64,000 bases of DNA from Prorocentrum cordatum. Taxonomy: Eukaryota. Under the pieces are notes generated by a model that worked only from the letters and a program-made list of their open reading frames with translations, had not been told where the DNA came from and did no database searches. The first letter of the stretch is position 1. Each line of letters opens with the position of its first letter. Shown one piece after another: positions 10,580 to 20,986 of the stretch. The stretch is taken from the NCBI GenBank assembly GCA_963575745.1, contig CAUYUJ010000015.1:124001-188000 (forward strand), in the 5' to 3' direction. The position numbers and the translations under genes are program-made.

Positions 10580-12487
10580 GTGGGGCGGGGAGGGGGCTGG
10601 GGCAGCGAGGTGCGCCAGCTGGCCGCGTCCGTAGCCGCGCGTGCTCAGGGTGCTCGCCTGCCCCACCCCTCGGCCATTCGATGGCGGACAACGAGTTGTC
10701 CCACGAGGAAGTTGTGCACAACAAGCTCGTGGCCAGGTTGGTGGCTCCGCGATGCGGCGTGCGATGCTTTCCTGTGGGGCGAGCGCAACAGGGCGCAGCA
10801 TATCGCCAAATCCCTGGCGGGCATCGCGCCCACGCGGCGTGCACTGGCGGAGACCGGAGCGGGCCACCTGGCATCCGATGCAACGTCGTGGGCAGCAGGC
10901 GGCGCAGCGGCTGTAACATTTGCCAATCAAGCGTCGCGGGACTGGAAGGCCGCGCCCCGACTCCATCGCACCCAGGGGTGGACAGAGGAGCCGTGCAGGG
11001 TAAGGCCGTTTGCTGCCTTGAAGGCGACAGAGTATTTGGATTACGTGGACAACCTGGACAAATGGCTCCAGTCAGTCGACGACGTGCCGTCGGACCCGGC
11101 ATGTTGCCGGAGGCTCGCGGCCGTGCTCGTGGAGCATGGTTTCCGCGACTGGCGCCACCTGGACTCCGTCAGGCCAGAGTCCCTCCAGGCGAAGAACGTG
11201 AACCAGGCGGCCCTGCTGCAGCGCGCTGTGGACAAGGCCACCGCGCTGGGCCTCAGGTTGAGGCGGGGCACTGGGCCAACCGGCGAAGCCATCCCAGCTG
11301 GGCCTTGGCGCGCTGCCTCCATCGGGGTTGCGCCCGAGCCAGCCGCGGCGAAGTCGGCGCTCGACGCCGCGACCGGGTTGTCCCAGTCCGCGGTCACCTC
11401 TGCGCAAGGTGCGTGGGCCAAAGAGGCCAAGAGGTTGGGCGTGCCTGTTCAAGGCGCTACGCCCAGGGCCGTCATTGGGCACCTGGCCACTTCTGCTCCT
11501 GGCCCCGACGCGGTGCAGCTCCTCGACGAGCGCGCCAGGCTCTTGCGGTTAGAATGCAAGCGTGGTTCTCTCCAGTCAGTTGCGTCAGGTCTCAGGGCAT
11601 GGCACGCGTTTGCGACCCTGGTCCTCGGGTATCCTGATGTTGCCACCCTGCCGCCGAGGAGCGAACAGGACGTGTGCCGGTTCCTCGCGGTCTTCGTCAA
11701 CGCTGGCACCGCAGCCAATTATGTCGGCTATGTCAAGTGGGCATGCGTCAACCTGGCGTTGCCCACCGCGTGGTGGACCGAGGCGGTCACGCTCACTATC
11801 AGGGGCCTGCGCGCGGAGCAGATCCGGGCCACAGGTGGGCCCGCCAGCGTGAGAGTGTTGCTTGCCGACGACTGGGTGGCGCAGCTAGCGTGCCTGGCGG
11901 AGTCCATGCGCATGCCCTCGGTGCAGGCGGCGGTGCTGGTGTCCTCGGTGTTTTTGCTGAGAGTGCAGAGCGAGACGATCGGCTTGGAGGCCGGCAGGCG
12001 TTGCGAAGCGCAGCTCTTGCCTCGCGGCCGGCACAGCGCCGTCTGGATCGAGCAGAATGGCGGGTCTGCCGACGCGCTCCACATCCGGCTCGCGAGGCGC
12101 AAGAACAGGCCACAGGGGAGCACGTTGATACGGACGTGCGCCTGCGCTGGTGGGCATTCCAGGTGCTGCGCGGTCCACACCGTGACGCCCATCTTGCGTT
12201 CAAGGGATGTGGGGGGGAAGCTTTTCGAATTCTCTAGCGCGCACCTCCTCGAGCAGGTGCGCCGTCTGCTGGGACTACTGGGCCATAGATGTGCGAACCA
12301 CTGCACGTTGAAGGGTTTCCGTGCTGGCCGCGCGACGTCACTAGCAGCGGCGGGCTCGCCTCTGGGTGTCATTCTGGCTGCAGGCGAGTGGAGGTCGGCC
12401 GCCTTCTTGCGCTACTGCCATGCCGACGAGCTGTCCGCGACGTCGATGATTGAGGTGGCCTGCGAGGACAACGATGACGAGGACTGA
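10580..12487 (+). CDS. Tyrosine recombinase of the YR retrotransposon (start uncertain)
   Basis: Open 635-codon frame with FLLRVQSE (R), RKNRPQG (K), TLKGFRAGRA (KxxR for HxxR), GEWRS (W), FLRY (Y). AATAAA at 12550. Confidence 0.9.
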   Translation: MGRGGGWGSEVRQLAASVAARAQGARLPHPSAIRWRTTSCPTRKLCTTSSWPGWWLRDAACDAFLWGERNRAQHIAKSLAGIAPTRRALAETGAGHLASDATSWAAGGAAAVTFANQASRDWKAAPRLHRTQGWTEEPCRVRPFAALKATEYLDYVDNLDKWLQSVDDVPSDPACCRRLAAVLVEHGFRDWRHLDSVRPESLQAKNVNQAALLQRAVDKATALGLRLRRGTGPTGEAIPAGPWRAASIGVAPEPAAAKSALDAATGLSQSAVTSAQGAWAKEAKRLGVPVQGATPRAVIGHLATSAPGPDAVQLLDERARLLRLECKRGSLQSVASGLRAWHAFATLVLGYPDVATLPPRSEQDVCRFLAVFVNAGTAANYVGYVKWACVNLALPTAWWTEAVTLTIRGLRAEQIRATGGPASVRVLLADDWVAQLACLAESMRMPSVQAAVLVSSVFLLRVQSETIGLEAGRRCEAQLLPRGRHSAVWIEQNGGSADALHIRLARRKNRPQGSTLIRTCACAGGHSRCCAVHTVTPILRSRDVGGKLFEFSSAHLLEQVRRLLGLLGHRCANHCTLKGFRAGRATSLAAAGSPLGVILAAGEWRSAAFLRYCHADELSATSMIEVACEDNDDED

Positions 12488-12596
12488 CGGGGGGCACCGT
12501 TGGGGATGTTCCTCGATGCTCAGTGCGGACGTGGCCGTGACGACGTGTGAATAAAGAAAGGGGGCGTGACACTGGCGGGTTGCAGCGTTGGGGTTT

Positions 12597-12916
12597 GGCC
12601 AGTGCTGGTGACCATGGTGGGCTCCTGCCCGTGCACCATGGTGGCATTGGTAGCCCGTGCCCCGTGCGGCACTGGGGGTTGGCTTGCCAGCGTTGCCCCA
12701 GTGCGGGGTGCCCCTGTCCCAGTGTGGTCGCACTGGGCAGCCTGGTCAGGGGTGACCCCTGGGCTACCAGGTGGCGCGGTATGCGCGTTCCCTTCGTTGC
12801 ATCATGCCTACCAGTGGTAAGTGTGGCGGCGCCAGGTCCTCGTCTGATGCTCCTCCTGAGTCCTGGTGCATGCGTCTTCCTGCCCCTGGGATCGGTCGGT
12901 GTGCCTGGTAATTTGT
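12597..12916 (+). repeat. Split direct repeat B1
   Basis: ggccagtgctggtgaccatgg...cctggtaatttgtg matches 13762-14082. Confidence 0.95.
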
Positions 12917-13378
12917 GGTGCACGCAAAATCGTAGGTTGTGCGTGAGGCACAAGCTGTAAGGCCGACGGCCGACGAACTGCTTGCAGTTCCCACGGTCTT
13001 GGGCGGGCGCGTGCTGGTGGAGGGGTCTCGGCGGGAGCTGGCAGAAGCGTGGGGTCTCGGCGGGAGCTGGCGGAAGCACGTGACTCTGGCCACTTCCACT
13101 GCTGGTGATGCGGTTCTTTCAGGTGCCCCAAAATGCGTAAAAAGACTAAGGAAGTAAGCCTGGGCTGTTTGCGTCAAGATTTCCATTGACACAAATTCTG
13201 ATGGCTTCTGCAGCAGTGACATGTCGTGAAGCAAGGGTGTCCGTGTTGGCTTCCGCAACAGTTGCAGTTGAGGTCGTGAAGCAAGAGTGTCCGAGATGGC
13301 TTCCGCAGCAGTTGAGGGGGCTGGGTAGCAGAGGAACATCCTGTTGCCTTTTGGCTCAAGTGCCGCGGATTCCGATCC
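12912..13378 (+). repeat. Split direct repeat A2
   Basis: Second copy of 6448-6953, directly abutting B1. Confidence 0.95.
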
Positions 13379-13761
13379 CCTCCGCTCCCACCCCGGAGCG
13401 GCACTTGAATTGAAAGGTAATTGACAGGTGTGCCCAACTCGTGTTGGGCAGGGTGAGCCCTGGACCTGTTCTGCTGTTGGTGCAGTGCGGCCGCGCGTGC
13501 CTGCCGGCAGCACGGGGCCCTTGCTCGTGACCGTGGTGGGCTTTAGCCCGTGCACCGCGGTGGCGTTGGTACCCTGTACCCTGTGTAGCTCTGTGGGCTG
13601 GCGTGCCAGCGTTGCCACAGTGCGCGGTGAGGTGGTCCCAGTGTGGTGACACCAGGAGTTGTGTGGTCGTCTGCAGGCGCGCCCACGTGTTGGGCAGGGT
13701 GTGCCCTGAGTCTGTGGCGCTGTTGGTGCAGTGCGGCTGCGGGGGCCTACCAGCAGCACGG

Positions 13762-14082
13762 GGCCAGTGCTGGTGACCATGGTGGGCTCCTGCCCGTGCA
13801 CCATGGTGGCATTGGTAGCCCGTACCCCGTGTGGCACTGGGGGCTGGCTTGCCCGCGTTGCCCCAGTGCGGGGTGCGCCTGTCCCAGTGTGGTCGCACTG
13901 GGCAGCCTGGTCAGGGGTGACCCCTGGGCTACCAGGTGGCGCGGTAGGCGCGTTCCCTCCGTTGCATCACGCCTACCAGAGGTAAGTGTGGTGCCGCCAG
14001 GTCCTCGTCTGATGCTCCTCCTGAGTCCTGGTGCATGCGTCTTCCTGCCCCTGGGATCGGTCGGTGTACCTGGTAACTTGTG
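13762..14082 (+). repeat. Split direct repeat B2 (element 3' end)
   Basis: Second copy of B1 ending cctggtaacttgtg, then (TG)n. Confidence 0.95.
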
Positions 14083-14586
14083 TGTGTGTGTCTGTGTGTG
14101 CATGTGTGTGTGTGTGTCTGTGTGTGCCCGTGTGTGTGTGCGTCTATGTTTGTGTCTGTGTGTGTGTGTGTCGGCGTGTGCCTGTGTGTGTCTGTGTCTG
14201 TGTCCGTGTGCGTTTATATGCGTCTGTGCGTGCCTATGTGTGTGTGTGTGTGTCTGTGCGTGCTTGTGTGTGTGTTTGTGTGTGTTTGTGTGTGTGTGTG
14301 TCTGCGTATGTGCCTGTGTCTGTTATTGTGTCTGTGTCAGTGTCTGTGTTTGTGCGTGTGTCTGTGTGTCTCTGTGTTTCTGTGCCTCTGTGTGTGTCTG
14401 TGTGTGTCTGTGTGTGTCTGTGTGTGTGTGTGTCTGTGTGTGTCTGTTTGTCTGTATGTTTGTGTATGTATGTGTGTGCCTGTTTGTCTGTGTGTTTGTG
14501 TCTGTGCCTGTGTGTGTGTCCGTCTATGTTTTTGTGTGTCTGTGCGTGTCTGTGCGTGTCTGTGTGTGTGTCTGTCTGTGCGTGTG

Positions 14587-14627
<41 letters not shown>

Positions 14628-14800
14628 CTGTGTGCCTGTCTGTGTCTGTCTGTGTCTGTCAGTGTCTGTTTGTGTCTGTCTGTGTCTGTCTGTGTGAGCT
14701 CCTCTCGGTGTGTGTCTGTCGGTGTGTGTGTGTCTATGTGTGTACCTGTTGGGGCGTGTCTCTGTGCGTGTGTGTGTGCGTGTGTGCGTGATGTTGTGTG
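14083..14800. repeat. TG-rich microsatellite, right flank of the YR element
   Basis: Degenerate (TG)n/(TGTC)n with a (TA)n island. Confidence 0.95.
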
Positions 14801-16729
14801 TGTTGGGTGGGGGGTGTTTGGTGTGCGAGCGTGCTTGTGCATGCCCTCTTGGGCGTACCCTTTTGGCCCCCACGAGGTGGGAACCAAAGGAGTACACCCA
14901 AGAGGGCTGGCAGAACGACCCTTCTCTCTACGCGAGCATGGCAATTTAGGACAACGTCACGTGGCTCGCCCCATACGGACGCGACGTGTTGGACATCGAC
15001 CAATGCCATCTGTGCGAGCTCCCCACCACCCTGGTCGGGGACGAGTACGGCCTCGGTAACGCTGACACGCCACCGGGGACCCATACGGGCAGCCGCTGGA
15101 CGCTTCGTCGGCATATGGTCAAGGGCGGCCAATTAGTGGATGGAGCGACAACCTCGGCACGGCGTCTCCCGTGGGCTTGGAGGTTAACCCGCTCTTCAAG
15201 TCCGGCGACGCATCCGAACTGGCGGCGGAGGTCATTGCGATCTGGCAGAGGCAGCCCACAGCTCATGACACCGTCACCACGGTCCTGCATGCACTTGCGC
15301 GGGCACATCCCAGGATCACCGCGGCGGGAGGTACAGAGCAGACGTTGTGTGAATTCTCAAGATATGCTACGCGGACGAGGCCACACTGGAGCCTTGCACA
15401 ACTACGCTGGGCACGCCTGCCGTCTACTGGCAGGAGGGCGTCAACAACGTTGCCTTACCAGGACCAACGGTGCTTCCCGCCCTGAATGAAACCTCGCTGA
15501 ACCCGGAACCCCACATGACGAAAGTTGCGCGCTGCGTGTACACGACAATTGTTGTGGCAACCCAAGTATGTGGAACAATGTCAATAACCAAATGTGGAAC
15601 AGAAAGAGTAAGTCCATATCCCGACAGCTACCTCCAGACACCAAAGTTCACCCAGCTCGTTTTCTGTATTTTTTTGCACGCTCGGTTGGACTGTCACGGC
15701 CACTCCGTGCCTGAGCGGCTCGAGAGGGCCAGTACGGCACGACGACGGATGGTTCCGATTTCAGTTGCTTGGCATAACCAATGACGAAGTCTAAAGGCTG
15801 CGGGACAATTGGTGGATACGTGCCTGACATGGGATCAAGTCCAACGCATTCAATTCAACCATTCAAGCAGAAGGGGCACCGCACCCTTACGAATATGTGC
15901 TGCGTTTATGCCCATGGCGATCCACGCTTCCACACATGTGATTTTTAGAGTGACAGCATCCTATGGGCAGCTACGTGGGAGATACTTGCGGACATGGGGC
16001 GTCGGGTTACCAAGACTGCGAGGACCGACCTTCTTATTTTGTCCACCTGAGGCCGTGCATTTGGTTGCGATGTGGATCTGTGGTCGCGTTCCAGATGGAA
16101 TGCGCGATGGCGGCGAGTTCTCGACAAATTGGGACCCGCTCGTGGAAGCTCCGCCGACCCCAACGGCCACGCGCGGGAGTCAACGCGGGCAGGAGCACCC
16201 TGCAACTCATTCCCACGACGCCCCGGCGGATTGGGCCGAGGAAGAATGGGGCAGATGGCTCATAGATCAGGCACAGACTCTGGGCCATCTGGCGGGCACA
16301 GAATGCACGAATGGGCTGGCCGACGTTCTTCAGAAGCACCCCCAGGAACTTCCCAGGCCCGCGATTGCGGCGGCGTGCAAGGCCTCGAGGTTCGAGGTCA
16401 GATGGGGGCCCCGAAGACGCGGGCATCCCTGAGGAGGTCGACGACAGCGCTGACTCTGACGGGGGCGGCGCGGGCGGCGACAGGGGCGCACGCGACCAAA
16501 CGCAGGCCAGCCACATGATTGCACTACGGCTCACCAGACCAGCGGTCGACGGGAGTATCCTAGTTCTGACCTGGAAGGAGATGCTCGATGGGCGGCAGCC
16601 AAGGATGGGCTGTGCCAGCTGCCCCGCTCGCGCGCAAAGACTACTCGCGTCTCGACGGGCCAGATTGGATGGTGCAGGTCAGACTTCCCCCGCCCAGTCG
16701 CGCCTCCACCACCATTCCTACGGATAGGG

Positions 16730-17420
16730 AGATTTGAAACGGCCCTGCGCGTCGGATCGACGTGGGCTGCTGCGGCGACGTGCTACGCTGCAACGCTCGC
16801 ATCTCCGATGAGGTGGATCGACGCGTTGCGATCTCGACCCGCAGCATGGTTGATTCGCGCTAGAGGGCGAACTAGAGTCTCGCCACCGTATCCACGACGC
16901 AACGAACGACGCCCTCTCGGCGCTTCGTCGTGACAGAATCCGCAAAAAAGCAGGTAGGATTGCGGCGCCGCGCAGAGAGGGCCCCGCTCGGCTGCCGCAG
17001 CGCGGGCGATTGGGGCGCAGGCAGAAAAATCGGGGGCCGGCGGAGCTTTGCCCGCAGCGCCGCGGGCCTGGTGCTGGAACGGCAAATCTGGGCGCGATGG
17101 GGGAACGCGCCCAGACTTTACTTGGCGCAGGTCCATCGCATTCGGTCGCGGATGCACCCCTCGTGCGCGAGCAGGCGGAGGCGACATTGCTCGCGCGGCC
17201 CCGCCCCGGGGCAGCGCTTCTCGGACCCGTCGCTCCACGACAGAAGCTCGCTGATCAGTTGGATCCGCGACGCCCGCCGATCAGACGAGATGCTCCTGAG
17301 CGGGCGCCCAAGGAAGGACCGCTTTGATCCCGCACAGCGCGCGATGGCACAACGCGCGAGGTGGCTGATCATGGCGCAAAGGCACAATTGCCAGGCGCGC
17401 CGCCCCCTCGAGGCCGCCCG
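16730..17420 (+). pseudogene. Possible highly decayed tyrosine-recombinase relic of a second YR element
   Basis: Fragments TLASPMRWIDALRS, SLHDRSSLISWIR and KDRFDPAQRAMAQ...RRPLE resemble SLRxxD, HSxK and YxRDD regions of protist YR domains; frames broken. Confidence 0.35.
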
Positions 17421-18902
17421 GCTGCAACGCATCACGGACGACAAGTCGCTTCGCGGGGGGGGCGACCCATGCCGCCGCGAAGTCGCCGTCCCAGACAGCT
17501 TCTCGGCCAGGTCCGCCACCGACGGCGCTCCGTGGAACTTTCCAAGCGCGCGCTCCAAGGTGAGGCCGTGGCAGAGACTGAGGACGCTCGGGGCGTGGCC
17601 CTCTCCTTGCCTGCGTCTGAGCACCCTGGGCCGGGCGGGCATCTTCGGGAAACGCAGCGACGCGCACTTCAGGAAGGGGAACGACAGGGGGCCGAAGGCC
17701 CTGCTAGATCGGTTTCTCCAAATGGGTCCAGGGGCCAAAATGCGCGCGCGCCTGGTTTCGAGGGGCACTGCGCAGGGCGGTCCCGACATCAAGATGGCGG
17801 ATAGCATCGGGAGCTGGTCGTCGGGCGCGAAACAGAGCGCCCTGACCGCGCCCCACCCCCGTGCTTGGGCTCTGGCGGGCGAGCACCCCACTCTGAATTT
17901 CTGCGGAGCGCAGCGTGCTCTCGCAGACGCCGTGGCCCACCGCATCGGCGCGAGAGATTATCCCATCCCCGCCTGGGCCGCTGGGCGGCCCGCATCGGTG
18001 ACGAAATCGCCGCAAACGCAAATGTTTTGGACCCGCGGAGGCAAGAAGCCCAACTATTGGTTTCGTTTCTTCGACGTGAAGGCGCGTGCAGACCGGGGGT
18101 GGGTGACCTGCGCGATTGCGCGCAGCGGTGCTCTCAGGGCCCGCGATCTACCGATCGGCATCTGGAACGCGCCGCCCCGTTGACGAGGGGCGCAGAGGCC
18201 CCTCGGGCCGGGGCCGTTCTACCCGCGCAGGAGATAGACCGGTCATCTTTCGAGGAAGTGCCCCGCCGAGAGGGCCGCGCCCTTGTGGGCCACGCGCCAG
18301 GATGGGATTGGGCACGAGCCAACAATACGCGCCGGGAGGCGACCCAGCGGGCAAGGGGCCAGGAGGCGGCGCGCATTGATGGCAGTCGGCAGCGAGACCG
18401 CCCACCTTTCGATCAGGGAGGCGAAAGGGCACGGCAGAGGCCCCGATGGCGCAGGATAAACGGAGCAATATAACCGCAGGAGCAGGAGAAAACAACGAGG
18501 AGTAGGCATGAACAAAATGAGTCGGAGCGGCGGGGGGCGCGCCCGCAGCGCGCGGAACACATGTGCAATGACATCAACATGTGCGGGCTCGACCGCCAGG
18601 CGCGCGTCGCGATGGGCTGTTTATCCTTCCTCTTGCGAGCAATCGCCACGCTTATCATTGCCATCCTCGCGCCCATTTCCCCATCCCTTCGCTCTCCCAC
18701 ATTCGGTGACTTGCTCTCCCTCCCGACGCCGCGCAGGGCCCCTTGCCCTCACCGCGGCGCCTTTGCCCGCCCGAAGTTGGGCAACAACTGCGCAGCATGA
18801 TGCCAGGGAGAAGGGCGAGGATGAGGAGGTGGATGGGCGCGATCAAGGATGGTGGAATTGTTCAGAGAGCACGGCGCGATCTTCGCTGGCACTACCATCG
18901 TC

Positions 18903-18990
18903 TCACCCGACTTTAAGGTGTGCCCTTGGCGCCTGGGGTCGGCTGACCCCCCCTCTGGGCCCTCTTCGCGCGTGCGCGCAGCGTGCATGC
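18903..18990 (+). repeat. Left terminal inverted repeat (candidate)
   Basis: tcacccgactttaaggtgtgcccttggcgcctggggtcggctgacccccctctgggccctcttcgcgcg is the reverse complement of 37641-37727 with scattered mismatches. Confidence 0.85.
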
Positions 18991-19958
18991 ATGCAGTTGA
19001 TGGCTACGTAGCACCGTCACATAGTTACAGATATTCAAAAGTACATGCATCTTCACATCCATACATACATACATGCATGCATACATACATGTGCATACAC
19101 ACATATATATATATACATTTGCGTACATACATGCATACATGCATAGTTACATATAGCGCATGCAGCAAGTCACACAGTGTACTTACATATGTGGGTACGT
19201 GCGTGCATAGACTCGCGCACACGTATTCGGATACATGCATTCATAGCTGCATACGTATAATTCGATAGGTGTCTCTGGTATATATATGCGTAGAAATGTA
19301 TACATATGGATGCCAATACACACGCATGCATATGTATGCATGTATACATATATGTGTAATCATATACATCTACATATAGCACGTATATAACTGCATATAT
19401 ACACATATATGTAACCACGAAGAACTGCAGTTGATTTCTTATGGCAAGACGTCGTCTTCTTACAACTATATATGTATATATATACTTAGATATAGCCACG
19501 CATCATTACACTAGGTTCCTTATGGCCTTCTGGTCGCGCTGTGACCTTCTGGGGCGCGTTCTGACCTTCTGGGAACACCAGCGGATTTTATTTGGCGCGA
19601 TCTGACCTTCTGACCTGAATATCGACGCGAATCAAGCCGTGGCGACGAATGCTCTCCAGGACCCCCAGGGATCCGACGTCGTGACTTCTCGTCTTCCCTT
19701 CCCGCAGCCATTTAGGCTCACGCCTTCGAGCCGCCGCCTTCCTGCGGGAAGGCCCCCAGCGCCCTCCGGGCATGGCCGGAAGGCTCGCCGACGCTGGGAG
19801 CCGCGACCGCTCGCGGTCGCGGTCGCCGCGCTGCGGCGGGTCGTCGAGCCCATCATTGCGCCCCGTTGGTCCTCCTCCTCCTCCTCCTCCTCCTCCTCCT
19901 CCTCCTCCTCCTCCTCCTCCTCCTCCCCCTCCTCCTCCTCATCCTCCTCCTCCTCTCC

Positions 19959-19990
<32 letters not shown>

Positions 19991-20109
19991 TCCTCCTGCT
20001 CCTTCCCCCCCCTTCTTTCTCCCCCCCCCCCCCCTCCTCATCCTCCTCCCCCTCCTCCTCCTCCTCCCCCTCCTCCTCCTCCTCCGCCTCCCCCATCCAC
20101 CTCTCTTCG

Positions 20110-20621
20110 GTGGCGGCGCGGCTCCGCCGCCCGTGGGCCCCGCGGACTTCTGGGAGAAGGGCGAGGTGGATTTCTGGGACAAGGGCGAGGTGGACACCTT
20201 CTGGGGCACGGGCGAAGTGGAGGACAACGACGACTCCCAGGGCGAGGTGGTGGAGCCCGCGAGGACGGACGGCGCGCGCGAGGACGGCGCGCACGAGGGC
20301 GAGCACGGCATGCACGAGGACGAATACGGCATGCACGAGGGCGACGAGCACGGCGTGCACGAGGACGAGTTCTACGGCATGCGCGAGGACGAGGACGAGT
20401 TCTACGGCATGCGCGAGGACGGGAACGAGTTCTACGGCGTGCACGAGGACGAGGGCGAGCCCTACGGCAAGGCTCCAGCGTCGGTGGAACCCGGGCAGGA
20501 GTGGCGCTACGTGAAGCTCCGGAGCTCGAGGGGCCCGTCGCGGGGCCCGTCGTGGGCTCATGGGCCGATTGCTGGGATGAGGACTCATGGGCCGATGTTC
20601 CACCATCACTACCATAGGTAG
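20110..20621 (+). CDS. Acidic tandem-repeat ORF segment (DFWxKGEV x3; [H/R]ED[E]xxG[M/V] repeats), unknown function; start not defined
   Basis: One frame is strongly GC3-biased and encodes coherent 7-9 aa repeats. Confidence 0.4.
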
Positions 20622-20719
20622 GATGGGGGAGAGGGGGGGGGGGGGGGTCCTGGGTCCTCCTTCTCATCCTTCTCCTCCTTCTCCTTCTCCTCCTCCTCTT
20701 CGCCCTCCTACCTCTGGAA

Positions 20720-20986
20720 GTGGTGGTGGAAAAATGGCCCATTAAGGACGACGACGACCCGCTGGGGGACATCTATCGCGACTTGCTGTTCGGGGACGAC
20801 GAGCCTCCGCCTACGGACTCGGACATCAAGGAGTGGCTCTACGGCCCAGATGTCAAGACGAAGAATGAGTGCGACTCCACGTGGAAGTGGAACGACGACC
20901 CGCTCAGGGATATCATGATGGACCTTCGGCGCGGCGGCGAGGGCGATGACTTCGCCTGCGGCGCGCCGCGCCGCCGTCGCCTGTAG
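20720..20986 (+). CDS. Short acidic ORF/exon (DDPL-x-DI repeated twice), unknown function
   Basis: Coding-like codon usage; KWPIKDDDDPLGDIY and KWNDDPLRDIM. Confidence 0.35.
   Translation: MVVEKWPIKDDDDPLGDIYRDLLFGDDEPPPTDSDIKEWLYGPDVKTKNECDSTWKWNDDPLRDIMMDLRRGGEGDDFACGAPRRRRL

Larger units (their letters stand above)
6448..14082 (+). mobile_element. Tyrosine-recombinase (DIRS-order, Ngaro/PAT-like) retrotransposon with split direct repeats
   Basis: Order gag-like, RT/RNaseH, YR. Repeat layout A1(6448-6953)..B1(12597-12916)-A2(12912-13378)..B2(13762-14082). TG microsatellite on both sides. Confidence 0.92.

Noticed and set aside
13643..15059. Cys/Val-rich ORFs (metallothionein-like)
   Set aside because: (TG)n translation; same for 55821-57250.
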